A stretch of DNA of 64,000 nt from Dehalococcoidia bacterium (GTDB lineage Bacteria > Chloroflexota > Dehalococcoidia > Bin125), in the NCBI GenBank assembly GCA_963662615.2, contig CAXXSR010000001.1:192001-256000 (forward strand), read 5' to 3'. This document shows positions 27,076-36,980 of this stretch, one piece after another (position 1 is the stretch's first letter; each line of letters begins with the position of its first letter). The notes beneath the pieces are model-generated. The model was not told the DNA's origin, made no database searches, and worked only from the letters and a program-made list of their open reading frames with translations. The position numbers and the translations under genes are program-made.

Positions 27076-28917
27076 CTAGCCCGCCGCCGGCCCCGGCCTC
27101 ACCAGCGCGAGTTCCAGCCGGTATCGCCCCGTTCCCGTCTCGTCAAACGACCGCATCCGGATCGTGAACTCCCCCGTCGACGGCAGCGCCACACCGTCGA
27201 TCAGAGGATTCAGATCGCCGCCACTGTCGTCATCGAACGCCACGATCATCCCTGCCTCGGTCAGCAGCTCCAGGGCGACGTCGAACTCCTCGTCGAGGGC
27301 GATGGCGGCCACCGTGACGATGTCTCCCTCCACACCCGCGAACGTCCAGTCGTCAACATCTCCTGGCTTGTCGATGGCCCCAAAGACCGTCTGATTGGGC
27401 GCGATCGGTCCGCCGTCCAATTCGGACGTCACCCGGATTTGCACGCTCCAGCGGTCGCATGAGCGCTCGTTGCATGACTCCAGCTCTACCGTGAACGCTC
27501 CCGCTTCTTCGAACAGGTACGGGACGGCCGCCGCCATGCCGATCTCCGTCCCATGCAGACGCCAGGTCCGCGTCGTTGGCCCGCCCAGCGAGACGTCTCT
27601 GAACGTCACCTCAACGGGCACCACGAACGACGTCGCATCCACGGCGACGGCTGCTCGTACGAGCGGCTCGGGTTCGATCGTCAGCGACAACGTGTATGCC
27701 CCCGTTCCTCCGCCGGGGAAGGCCTGTGCGTCAATGGCGTAGGTCCCGGTCTCGCTCAGGATCAGGTTGGCGATGCGCGCATTTGTTCCTGCCCCGCCAT
27801 CATCGTCCGTCGCGATCTGTTCACCATCCGGACCGAAGAGGAACAGCAGCGTGTCGAGCGCGTCGTCCGCCGCCACGAGATCGATCATCAGCTCAGCACC
27901 CGCCGGCGCTGCAAACGTGAACCGGTCAACGTCGTCCTCAAAGTCAACGCGATTGTTGAGTGGCTCGCCGGGGGTGATGGCTCCGCCGTCGTTCGCTTCT
28001 ACGGCAACGGCGCCGCGCGCTACGTCACAGTCGTCGCCACGGCACGCCGTCAAGGAGACGGAGTAGACGCCGCCGGCGGCGTACTGATGGACCGGCTCTC
28101 GGCGCTCGGACCGCCCGCCGTCGCCGAAGTCCCACAGGAACCGCGTTGCATTGCGCGTGTCATTGAGAAACGTCACCGTGAGCGGCGCTACGCCGGTGGC
28201 CGGCCGGAATCGGAACGCAGTGCGTACCGCATCCGCCGGCGCGACGTCGAGTGACAGGGCGTAGACGCCCACGGTATCGAGGAAGGCGCCCGCCTCGATG
28301 GTGTAGCGGCCCGACTGGGGCAGGGCGAAATCGCGGATCGTGGCGGTGGACGACTCGTCGGTGTCGTCGTTGAAGGCCGCCAGGACGCCGTCCGGCCCGA
28401 ACAGCCGCAGCACGGGGTCCACAGGGGACCCGGTGTCGGGCTCCATCGTGACGTCCACCAGGCTGCCCGCCACACCCTCAAACGTCCACTCGTCCACGTC
28501 GCCGGGCTGATTGATCGACCCGTATACGTGGCTCCCGCCGAGGATCGTGCCGCCGTCCAAGGCGTCGCGCCCCTCAACGTTGACCAGCCGGATCGCGCTG
28601 GCGCAGGACGCCATCGCGCAGGCCTCCAGCTCCACCACGAACAGACCCGGTCGCACGTACAGATGGGCGGGCTCGCGCTCGCTGCTGGTGGCGCCATCGC
28701 CGAAGTCCCAATGAAACCGTTCGGCGCCGCTCGAGCGGTTGCTGACGCTCACCAGCAATGGCGCCAGGCCGCTGTCGGCGCTCAGCTCGAAGTCCGCCAG
28801 CGGCCCCCCGACCTGCTGCGCCCCCAGCCGCGGCGATGCGGCGGCGGCGGCGATGAGCGTCGCCAGCAGCGCTAAGAGAACCGGCCTCGCACGGCGCGAA
28901 CGGCATGCAGAGTTCAT
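27076..28917 (-). CDS. Secreted protein with three alternating PKD and PPC (pre-peptidase C-terminal) domains
   Basis: WDFGDG PKD motifs; DVDEWTF...DPVLRL.GPDG...NDD PPC motifs three times; signal peptide; ATGA overlap with the amidase stop. Confidence 0.85.
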   Translation of the reverse strand: MNSACRSRRARPVLLALLATLIAAAAASPRLGAQQVGGPLADFELSADSGLAPLLVSVSNRSSGAERFHWDFGDGATSSEREPAHLYVRPGLFVVELEACAMASCASAIRLVNVEGRDALDGGTILGGSHVYGSINQPGDVDEWTFEGVAGSLVDVTMEPDTGSPVDPVLRLFGPDGVLAAFNDDTDESSTATIRDFALPQSGRYTIEAGAFLDTVGVYALSLDVAPADAVRTAFRFRPATGVAPLTVTFLNDTRNATRFLWDFGDGGRSERREPVHQYAAGGVYSVSLTACRGDDCDVARGAVAVEANDGGAITPGEPLNNRVDFEDDVDRFTFAAPAGAELMIDLVAADDALDTLLFLFGPDGEQIATDDDGGAGTNARIANLILSETGTYAIDAQAFPGGGTGAYTLSLTIEPEPLVRAAVAVDATSFVVPVEVTFRDVSLGGPTTRTWRLHGTEIGMAAAVPYLFEEAGAFTVELESCNERSCDRWSVQIRVTSELDGGPIAPNQTVFGAIDKPGDVDDWTFAGVEGDIVTVAAIALDEEFDVALELLTEAGMIVAFDDDSGGDLNPLIDGVALPSTGEFTIRMRSFDETGTGRYRLELALVRPGPAAG

Positions 28918-29756
28918 GGACGCTTGCTTTCCCCGATCCCTTGCACGATGGGCCGAGCCGCGAGGATGGCCGCCACCTCCGCGCGCGCGATTTGGCTGCG
29001 CCGCAACCCACCTTGGCGAATGGTGGGGACGAGCCGCGCTGCCTCCTCGGGATCGGTGATCACCACCGGCTCCAGAATCACGGCCGGAATGCCAATCGCC
29101 CCTCGTGCGACGCCCCAATCTTCGAAGAACAGGCCGAAGTTCACGAAGCTCTGTGACGCCTTACCGGGGCTGAGCAGGCTCCACATGGTTTCATGCACCA
29201 CTTGGGCCACTGCCCGGTCATGGTCGCGCTGGCCGGAGCCGGGGTCGCGGAAGAGCGTTACCAGGCCGTTCCCCGGCCCGTCCAGCGCGTTGTGATGAAT
29301 GGAGAACATCACCTCCGCGCCGGCGTCCACGCACAGTTTGCCCCGTGCCTCCAGCCCCTTCGGATCGTTCGGGCCGGGCGCGTCGGAGAGGAAGGGCGGC
29401 GGTGGCTCGTCGGCGGCGCCCGTCTCCGGCCAGCCCGCGGCCGCTCCGTCCCAAGTCATGATCACGCGCACGCCGGCTGCTTCCAGCCCTCGACGCACGG
29501 CATGCGCGACGTCCAGGTTCAGGTCCACTTCGCGAAGCGGCACGGCGTGCTTGCCGATGCTCGCTTCCGTCACCGCGCCCACGTCTCCGAGCAGCGCGTG
29601 CCCGGGATCCAGGCAGACGCTGTAGCCGTCAGCCGACGCGCCGGCTCCGGCGTGCAGCCACAGCCCGATCGCCACCCATGCCAGCGCCCCAGCGACGACG
29701 GCGCCCGCCGCACTCCAGCGATGCCGTCGCTGATGGCCACGGGTTCGGCTATCCAC
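28914..29756 (-). CDS. N-acetylmuramoyl-L-alanine amidase (Amidase_3), membrane-anchored; start uncertain
   Basis: CLDPGH, REVDLNL, FSIHHNA, PAVILE zinc/catalytic motifs; N-terminal TM segment. Confidence 0.85.
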   Translation of the reverse strand: MDSRTRGHQRRHRWSAAGAVVAGALAWVAIGLWLHAGAGASADGYSVCLDPGHALLGDVGAVTEASIGKHAVPLREVDLNLDVAHAVRRGLEAAGVRVIMTWDGAAAGWPETGAADEPPPPFLSDAPGPNDPKGLEARGKLCVDAGAEVMFSIHHNALDGPGNGLVTLFRDPGSGQRDHDRAVAQVVHETMWSLLSPGKASQSFVNFGLFFEDWGVARGAIGIPAVILEPVVITDPEEAARLVPTIRQGGLRRSQIARAEVAAILAARPIVQGIGESKRP

Positions 29757-29868
29757 AGGGGGAGGATACGCGTGGGCCCCGCCGGCACAAGGGCGAAGGC
29801 GCAGCAGGCGGGCGCGGCTCGATGCTGTCGTTCCCCGCCTCACGTCAAAGTCAGCGGCGGCCAGGGAG

Positions 29869-30882
29869 CTATCCGTCCGCGCGCATGTCCGCCAAGACGC
29901 TGCCGCGCCGCTCCCACATCCGCAGCGCCGTTGCCAGGCCGGCGGTCAGCAGTCCCAGGACGCCGAAAATCAAGTAGTTCCGCAACGCGACCCCGGCCGC
30001 ATCCGCGCCTATGTCCAGCAGCGCCGCGTTGAGGGGATCGGCGGCGCCGTCGGCGGCGCTGCGCAGGCCGATGCGCGCTCCCAGCGTCGCCACCGTCATC
30101 AGCGCCCCGGCTGCCGCCAGCGCCAGGCCCACGTTCTGGATCCGCACCAGGTCGCGACTCAGCGCTGCCACCGTCACGATCAACAGCACCGCGAGGCCCA
30201 ACAGCACGGCGCCGCCGATCTGCCAAGCGCCGTGGGCCTCCTCCGTGAGCTGCGCCATGGTGAAGCGGACCGCTCCGCTGCGGAAGAGGCCGCCGCCGGC
30301 CGCACCCGACTCGCGCTCGAAGGTGCCGGTGCCCTCGTCGTAGATCGCGGACGCGGACTCGGCCAGGATCCGCTCGCGCAGCTCTGTTTGCGACATCGTG
30401 GCCAACTCCTGCCCTGGGATCACGATGTCCAGGGGGTAGTGCGGGATCGCGACATCCGCCGCGCCGGTCGCCGCCGCCTCCCCTGCGTCCGCCACGAGCG
30501 ACTCGTAATCGCGATCGAGCAGGGCGTCGACTTCGGTCAGCGGCGCCAGGACGTCCTGCAAGATCCGTTCGGCGTTCTCGCGCTCGGAGATCTGGATAAG
30601 GGACCACACGGCGATGAGGACGGCGAAGACGGCGGCCAGCACCGCCATCGCAGCCCAGCGACCGGCCCGACGCCGGGAGGGCCAATCTTCGTCCCTGGGC
30701 GCCTGCCGGCGGATCCGGCGAACCCGACTCACCACCACCGACTCCGTGAGCCCTACGTCGATGGCCGGCGCGTCGACGAACTCCACCTCTTCCACGTCCG
30801 ATCGCCCGGTCCCGGGCTGCGGCCGGCGGGCAGGGTTGCTCTCTGAGGGGGGCTGCGGTTCGAAGGGTGAGCGTCCACTCAC
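29869..30882 (-). CDS. Hypothetical membrane protein
   Basis: One N-terminal and three C-terminal hydrophobic segments; GTGA coupling to the RDD gene. Confidence 0.7.
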   Translation of the reverse strand: MSGRSPFEPQPPSESNPARRPQPGTGRSDVEEVEFVDAPAIDVGLTESVVVSRVRRIRRQAPRDEDWPSRRRAGRWAAMAVLAAVFAVLIAVWSLIQISERENAERILQDVLAPLTEVDALLDRDYESLVADAGEAAATGAADVAIPHYPLDIVIPGQELATMSQTELRERILAESASAIYDEGTGTFERESGAAGGGLFRSGAVRFTMAQLTEEAHGAWQIGGAVLLGLAVLLIVTVAALSRDLVRIQNVGLALAAAGALMTVATLGARIGLRSAADGAADPLNAALLDIGADAAGVALRNYLIFGVLGLLTAGLATALRMWERRGSVLADMRADG

Positions 30883-31367
30883 GGCCTCGGCTCCGCGATC
30901 GCCCGGCCTTGCCCCTCCACCACCATCGTCCCTGCCAGCTGATCGTGGAGCGTGCGTCCCAGCGGATCGATCATGCTCGCCAGCAACCCCAATCCGAAGA
31001 GCAACGCCGACGGGTACATCAACGCCGACCGCCCCACGGCCCTCCGCAGCCCCACGGTGCGCCCCCCACCGTCAACGACGCGCAAGCCGAGCAGCCGCGC
31101 CCCTGCCGTCCCCGAGCCGACAGCGCCGATGCTGAAGTAGACCAACGGCGTGGCGAGCCACAGAGCCGCCACCGCGTATCCCCACGCCCACTCTGTCCCG
31201 GAGGGGTCCACGTCCAGCCAGTTCGTCTGTAGGAGCACCGTGAGTCCACCCAGTGCGACGAACAGCGGCAGCACCAGGATGAGCACCAGCCCGTCCACCG
31301 CGAGCGCCACCAGGCGCGCCTCGCGTCGCGCCGGCGCGGCCGGCTGGGTCAGGTGCGGATCCGTCAC
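30879..31367 (-). CDS. RDD family membrane protein
   Basis: RLVALAVD, GTAGARLLGLRVVD, RTLHDQLAGTMVV. Confidence 0.88.
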   Translation of the reverse strand: MTDPHLTQPAAPARREARLVALAVDGLVLILVLPLFVALGGLTVLLQTNWLDVDPSGTEWAWGYAVAALWLATPLVYFSIGAVGSGTAGARLLGLRVVDGGGRTVGLRRAVGRSALMYPSALLFGLGLLASMIDPLGRTLHDQLAGTMVVEGQGRAIAEPRP

Positions 31368-31423
31368 GAGCCCATCATAGGCGCGCGCGACAGGATGGCC
31401 GCGCGACGGCGTACCATCGCCCT

Positions 31424-32665
31424 ATGCGTCGCCGCATGCCTCCGCCACGCTGGCTTCCTCTCACGCTCCTTGCCGCTCTCGCGATCGCATCCATCGTGAC
31501 CGTGTCGGCGGGCGCAGCCGGCGTCGGCGCCGCAAGCTTGGGCGGACACTCGCTGAGCAGCGCCATTGACGACGCCGTCGCGGGCGACCGCTTCAGCCTC
31601 TTCGATTTCGAAGCGCGCAGTGTGTTCAACCGCTGGCTGGGCGAGGTGGGCGCTTTCGTCAGCGGCCGGCGCGATCGCGGCGCCGAGGCGGATCGCACCT
31701 TGGAGCGCTACTTCACCCTGGGCGAGCAGATCGTCGCCCGTGCGACCGCGGCCGGCGAGCCGCTGACGGACGCCCAGATCGAATCCTTGCGCGCGGAACG
31801 ACGCGAACTGGAGAATCGCATCGAGCGCATTCTGGAGTCGCGCATCGCCGACGCCTACCGCGAACTGGGCTTCAGCCGGCCCTTGCCACTCTTTGGCGCA
31901 CAGGAGATCCTCTGGCCGCCCGTGGACGCTGAGCTGGAGCGGCCGCCGCGGGTCCTCACCGTCTCCCCGCGAGAGGAGATCCGCCTCCTTCGCCTGGTCC
32001 TCCTGGAACCGGGCCTCTCCCTTGCCGAGATCGAGCGCATCGAGGCCGAGATCGAAGCCGACGGCCGCTTCTCCGCCATCGTCGCGAGCATCGGCGGCAT
32101 GGCCTCCTTCCCCGCCCTCGTCCGCGATAGCCGTTCGTACGCTTCCACGGTGGAGATCATGGCGCACGAGTGGCTCCACCATTACCTCTACTTCTACCCG
32201 CTGGGGCGCAACGTCTTCGCCAGCACGGAGCTTCGCTCCATCAATGAGACCGTCGCCGACACGATCGACGTGGAGATCGCCGCCCGAGTATTCGCGACGT
32301 ATCCCGGCGTCGAGCTTCCCGCCAGGCCGCCGCCCGACCGTCCCGAGGCCGACGCCCTCCTGCGCCGGCTCCGTGTGGACGTCGACGCCCTCCTCGCCGA
32401 AGGCGACGTGGAAGCGGCCGAGCGCCTCATGGAGCAGGTGCGGCTGGAGATCGCCGCCAGTGGCCGCCGCATCCGCCGCATCAATCAGGCCTTCTTCGCT
32501 TTCAACGGCGTCTACGCCACCCGGCCTGAGGGCAGCACCAATCCGATCGGTCCCCTGGTCCGTGAACTCCGCGACAGCTCGCCTACCCTGCTTGACTTCG
32601 TCGAAGCCGTTAGGGAGGTCGACTCGTTCGCGGAGCTGGAGGCGCTGCGCGAACGGCCGCGCTGA
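31424..32665 (+). CDS. Conserved hypothetical exported protein with zincin HExxH motif
   Basis: N-terminal hydrophobic segment; AHEWLHHYL followed by INETVA; RRINQAFFAF.G.Y. Confidence 0.7.
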   Translation: MRRRMPPPRWLPLTLLAALAIASIVTVSAGAAGVGAASLGGHSLSSAIDDAVAGDRFSLFDFEARSVFNRWLGEVGAFVSGRRDRGAEADRTLERYFTLGEQIVARATAAGEPLTDAQIESLRAERRELENRIERILESRIADAYRELGFSRPLPLFGAQEILWPPVDAELERPPRVLTVSPREEIRLLRLVLLEPGLSLAEIERIEAEIEADGRFSAIVASIGGMASFPALVRDSRSYASTVEIMAHEWLHHYLYFYPLGRNVFASTELRSINETVADTIDVEIAARVFATYPGVELPARPPPDRPEADALLRRLRVDVDALLAEGDVEAAERLMEQVRLEIAASGRRIRRINQAFFAFNGVYATRPEGSTNPIGPLVRELRDSSPTLLDFVEAVREVDSFAELEALRERPR

Positions 32666-32700
32666 GGGGGCCACTGTGCGAGCTAGGGCCACCACGTGAG

Positions 32701-35550
32701 CTAAGGATCGCCGACGTCCTCGACGTTTTCGGGGCCGATCTCTGCGCTCGTCTCGTCGCCGCCCGTCAACGGAGCCTGGGCGGGCTCCCCCGCGGTATTC
32801 GCGTCAGCGTCGACTGCGATCGTGACCCGTGATTCGACGATGATCGTGCCCAGGAAGTCGTCCTCCACTACTAGGCGCACGACATAAGGGCCGGGCGCGA
32901 GATCGCCTGTCGCCCAGCGGCCCAGCTGCCCCGAGGCGATGGGCGTCTCGCTGGTCGCGAACTCCTGAAAGTCCTCCTCCACCGGCTTCTCTCCCGGGGC
33001 GAACGCCAGCGACCATGTCAGCAGTTCGTCACTGTCCGCCCGTCCGCGTACCAACACGAAGCCGCGCCCAAGTTCCGCGCCGTCCGCCGGCAAATCGATC
33101 CGCGCCGGCACCGCCTCCTCGCTGGACTCCTCATCGCGGAGGTAGCGGACCTTGTTGCGCCGCAACCACGTAATGATCTGCTCCTCCGGCGCCTCCGCGC
33201 CCACTGCTACCGGCGGGATCAGGAAGTAGTCATGTGCCACGAACTGCTCTGGGGTGTTCGCGCCGGCCCGAAGCAACATCCGCGCGTCTACGTGCGTGCG
33301 GAAGCAGATGCCGTTGCCCTTCGCGGGTACGCCGACGTCGGCGACGAACACGTCCGACGTCACATTCGCGCAGGGGTTCTGCGGGTCAACGTCGCGACGC
33401 TCTTCGTCCGGGCCCAGGAGACGCAGGCGTGGCACGAACACCTCCGCCCTCGTCAGCCCCTGAGGGACGGCAAACGCCGTTGGCGGCACGCCCTCGTGTG
33501 CCGCCAGCATGAAGTCGTGCCAGATCAGTCCGGCCGTGCGCGACGACGAGCCCCCGGTCATAGGGCTGTTGTCGGCGTTGCCCACCCATACCCCGGTCAC
33601 GAGATCCGGCGTGTACCCCACCGTCCAGAAGTCGCGACGGACATCGTTGCGGCCCGGATCGCCGGCCGTTCCGGTCTTCGCGGCCACCGGCCGGTCCAGC
33701 ACCAGGTTGCTGTTGAGGCCGTAGAGGATGGAGCGCGCCTGGTTGTCGGAGAGGATGTGTGTGATCTGGTACGCCTGCGCCGCGGGCAGCACACGTCGCT
33801 CCTCCGCTTGGCCTTGCTTGAAGAGCAGCCTGCCGCGCGAGTCACGGATCTCCAGGATGGAGATCGGGTCCAGCTCCCGGTATCCCGGCGGGAGATCCAG
33901 CACGCTCCGCTGGCCGTGGACCAGACCGGTGTTCGCGAAGGCGCTGTAGGCGAAGACCATGTCGAGCAGCGCGACGTCGCCGCCACCCAACGTGATCGAC
34001 GGGCCGTAGTTGCGCGGATCCCGCATCGTGGTGATGCCCATTTTGTGCGCCATATCCAGCACCGTCGCCGTGCCCAGCGCGTCCGCCGTGCGGAAGGCGG
34101 CAATGTTGATGGAGTTCGCCAGGGCGCTGCGGATCGTCACGGGACCGCGTTCCACCCCATCAAAGTTCTGCGGCGAGAAGATCGTGCCGTCCAGCTCCTC
34201 GAACTCCAGCGGCACGTCCCAGATGATGGTGGTGGGGTTCCAGACCTTCGGATCTTGGACGAACGCCGCCACGTACGTGATCGGCTTGATGGATGACCCC
34301 GGCGAATTGGGCGCAGTGGCCAGGTTGACCTGGCCGTCGATGTCCTCGCGGAAGAAGTCGCGGCTGCCCACCATGGCCAGGATCTCGCCGCTGCCTGGAT
34401 CCAGCGCCACCAAGGCGGCGTTGTGCGCGCCCGTCTCCTCCTCCACGCTCGCCAGATCGGCGCGGAGGATGCGCTCCGCCCGCTCCTGTAGCGTCATATC
34501 CAGTGTCGTGGTGATGCGCAAGCCGCCCTCCGGCAGCAGCTCCGAACAGTCTTGGATCTCCGGCGGCAGCGGGATCCGTCCACGATTGCACAGCGCCTCC
34601 ACTTGCTCGCGCGCGTACAGAACGAAGTGCGGCGCCTTGATCTCAAATTGGCGGCTGCGGAAGTTCAAGGGCGCGCGCTTGGCGGCCTCCGCCTCGCCGG
34701 CGCTGACGTAGTCGTTCCGCACCATCAGGTCCAGCACCAGCGCCTGTCGATCCTTCGTCGCGGGCAAGTTCGTGAAGGGGTCGTAGATCGCCGGCGCCTG
34801 CGGGATCCCAACCAGCAGCGACGCTTCCGACAGCGTCAACTCCGCGGCCGGCTTGCCGAAGTAGCGCTGGCTGGCTGCCCCCACGCCGTAGGAGAAATTG
34901 CCGTAGAAGATGGAGTTCAGGTACCACTCCAAGATCTGCGACTTGGAGTACTTCTCCGTCAGCTCCACCGCCAGGATCGCTTCTTTCAGCTTCGCTTCAG
35001 CACGGTCGATGGTGCGGCCGCTGCGCTCCTCGGGCGGGATCAGCACGTTCTTCACCAACTGTTGCGTGATGGACGATCCGCCGGACCCGCCCAGGAAGTC
35101 GGCGTCGCCCAGGCCCAAGTTCTCCACCGCCGCGCGCGCCAGTCCGCGCGTGTTGATCCCTCTGTTCTCCCAGAACGAGGCGTCCTCCGTGGCCACGGTC
35201 GCGTTGATCAGGTGCTCCGACACGTTCCCGATCCGGACGGGATTGCGCAGCCCGGACAGGGGGTCGGCGAACTCGAACAAGAGCGTCCCCTCCGGCCCCC
35301 CGCGGTCGAAGACTTTGCTGGTGCCCAAGGCGCGCTGCGTCTCCAGGATCGCTTCCGGCTCCACCAGGTCGTTGGCGAAGGAGCGATAGACGCCGTAGGC
35401 GGCTCCGGCGCTGCCGCCCACGACAACCAGCAGCACGATCCCCAGGCCAATGGGCCCCCACGCCCAGCGCGGCATCCCCCCCCGACCGCGCTGGCGCCGG
35501 CGGCGCTGTCGCACCCGCCCGATCGCCTGCTTGGTCCGCCGGTTCGTCAT
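32701..35550 (-). CDS. Class A penicillin-binding protein (transglycosylase/transpeptidase)
   Basis: TEDASFW, GGSSITQQLVKN, YLNSIFYG; transpeptidase motifs SSIK, SIN and KTGT are intact. Confidence 0.95.
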   Translation of the reverse strand: MTNRRTKQAIGRVRQRRRRQRGRGGMPRWAWGPIGLGIVLLVVVGGSAGAAYGVYRSFANDLVEPEAILETQRALGTSKVFDRGGPEGTLLFEFADPLSGLRNPVRIGNVSEHLINATVATEDASFWENRGINTRGLARAAVENLGLGDADFLGGSGGSSITQQLVKNVLIPPEERSGRTIDRAEAKLKEAILAVELTEKYSKSQILEWYLNSIFYGNFSYGVGAASQRYFGKPAAELTLSEASLLVGIPQAPAIYDPFTNLPATKDRQALVLDLMVRNDYVSAGEAEAAKRAPLNFRSRQFEIKAPHFVLYAREQVEALCNRGRIPLPPEIQDCSELLPEGGLRITTTLDMTLQERAERILRADLASVEEETGAHNAALVALDPGSGEILAMVGSRDFFREDIDGQVNLATAPNSPGSSIKPITYVAAFVQDPKVWNPTTIIWDVPLEFEELDGTIFSPQNFDGVERGPVTIRSALANSINIAAFRTADALGTATVLDMAHKMGITTMRDPRNYGPSITLGGGDVALLDMVFAYSAFANTGLVHGQRSVLDLPPGYRELDPISILEIRDSRGRLLFKQGQAEERRVLPAAQAYQITHILSDNQARSILYGLNSNLVLDRPVAAKTGTAGDPGRNDVRRDFWTVGYTPDLVTGVWVGNADNSPMTGGSSSRTAGLIWHDFMLAAHEGVPPTAFAVPQGLTRAEVFVPRLRLLGPDEERRDVDPQNPCANVTSDVFVADVGVPAKGNGICFRTHVDARMLLRAGANTPEQFVAHDYFLIPPVAVGAEAPEEQIITWLRRNKVRYLRDEESSEEAVPARIDLPADGAELGRGFVLVRGRADSDELLTWSLAFAPGEKPVEEDFQEFATSETPIASGQLGRWATGDLAPGPYVVRLVVEDDFLGTIIVESRVTIAVDADANTAGEPAQAPLTGGDETSAEIGPENVEDVGDP

Positions 35551-36470
35551 TTCGGCAGCTCGCGTGTGCGCTCATCGGGAGGCTTCTCCAGGATTCGGAA
35601 GTGGCTCAGCCCAAAGACGCGTAGCGGCGTTCGTTCCGCCGCGTGCAGCGTGATCTGGAGCAGACGCCCCAGCCGCTCCTGGCGCGCGCGAATCCCGTCG
35701 AAGCCGGGATACACCGCGCCCCGCATCACGGTCCGCAGAGGCAGCCCGCGCAGCAGCCGGTTCAGATCACCCGCGGTGTACGCGCGTGCGTGCGGCACCA
35801 GCCGGTCGCGCAGCACCCGCGGGAGATAGTTCACGAGGGGGTAGTTGCCGAAGCGGTAGCGTCCCCGCCAATAAATGCCGTGCGTCTCGAAGGGGAAGGC
35901 GCGATTGGGCGCGAAGATGACCACGTGGCCTCCCACCGGCACGACCCGCGCCGCCTCTCGCAGCGCCTGTCGCTCGTCCTGGACGTGTTCGATCACTTCA
36001 TTGAGCAGGACCACGTCGAAGGAGCCGTCGCGGAAAGGGAGCGCCTGCGCTGACGCCACGAGCAGCCCCGGCACCTGCTGCGTTCCCTCCGCCACGCGCG
36101 CCGGGTCCAGGTCAACGCCGTACACCGTCGCGGGAAGCTCTCGCAGGTGCCGCACGTACTGCCCCACGCCGCAACCGACGTCGAGGATGCGGCGGCCGGA
36201 CAGGGGGATGTGTTCGCTGATTCGCCGCACCCGCCGCGCCTGCCCCGGCCCCCACGTCAGGCTCGGGACCCCCAGCTCCACCCGGCTTCCCGGCGCCGTC
36301 GCAAAATCCCGCGCCGGCGACGATGCGCCCGTGCCCTTGTGGCTGGGATCGTTTGGGTCGGCGAACGAGGATTGCGCGACGGCGGGGGGCTCTTCGCGTT
36401 GTGCAAGGAGGTCGCGCGGGCGGGCCAACTCGAGAGCGTCCCTCGATCGACAGTCGTGAGGCGGTGTCAT
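35547..36470 (-). CDS. Class I SAM-dependent methyltransferase; start uncertain, may be further downstream
   Basis: ILDVGCGVG, LPFRDGSFDVV, EVIEHV, APNRAFPFETHG. Confidence 0.85.
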   Translation of the reverse strand: MTPPHDCRSRDALELARPRDLLAQREEPPAVAQSSFADPNDPSHKGTGASSPARDFATAPGSRVELGVPSLTWGPGQARRVRRISEHIPLSGRRILDVGCGVGQYVRHLRELPATVYGVDLDPARVAEGTQQVPGLLVASAQALPFRDGSFDVVLLNEVIEHVQDERQALREAARVVPVGGHVVIFAPNRAFPFETHGIYWRGRYRFGNYPLVNYLPRVLRDRLVPHARAYTAGDLNRLLRGLPLRTVMRGAVYPGFDGIRARQERLGRLLQITLHAAERTPLRVFGLSHFRILEKPPDERTRELPK

Positions 36471-36665
36471 GCAGCCTCGCCGAGTTCGGCCCCGCGCCCG
36501 ATCCAGCCTACCATTCCGTATCCCGTCCTTCCCGCGCGCCCCGGTCCGGGCCGGCCGGCCGTCCCCACCCGGCCTGGACGCGACGGCGAGTCCATATACT
36601 GGAGCGAGCGCGTGTGGGGCGGCTCGCGCCCGCGTGGCGTAGTGCGACGGATGCGGAGCAACGCT

Positions 36666-36980
36666 GTGGCAGAAGAGACGTCCTCCCCTGATTCGGGCCT
36701 CAGTCTGGACGAGGTGCGTCATATGGCCGCCCTGGCCCGTATTGGCATGACGGACGCCGACCTGGAGAAGTTCCGTACCGAGCTGTCGAGCATTCTCGCC
36801 CACTTCGACGTGCTCGCCCGCATCGATACGACGGACGTCGAGCCGACCGCCAACGGCGCCGACCTCCTCAACGTGACGGCGCCCGATCGGGCGCGCCCCT
36901 CGCTCTCCGACAGCGACGTCTTTGCCAACGCCCCCGCGCAGGAGGGCTCCCTCTTTCGGGTCAAGGCGGTGCTGGAGTAA
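36666..36980 (+). CDS. gatC: Asp/Glu-tRNA amidotransferase subunit C
   Basis: [11 protein letters not shown]...IDTTDVEPT...NAP...FRVKAVLE; 1-nt overlap with gatA. Confidence 0.93.
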   Translation: MAEETSSPDSGLSLDEVRHMAALARIGMTDADLEKFRTELSSILAHFDVLARIDTTDVEPTANGADLLNVTAPDRARPSLSDSDVFANAPAQEGSLFRVKAVLE

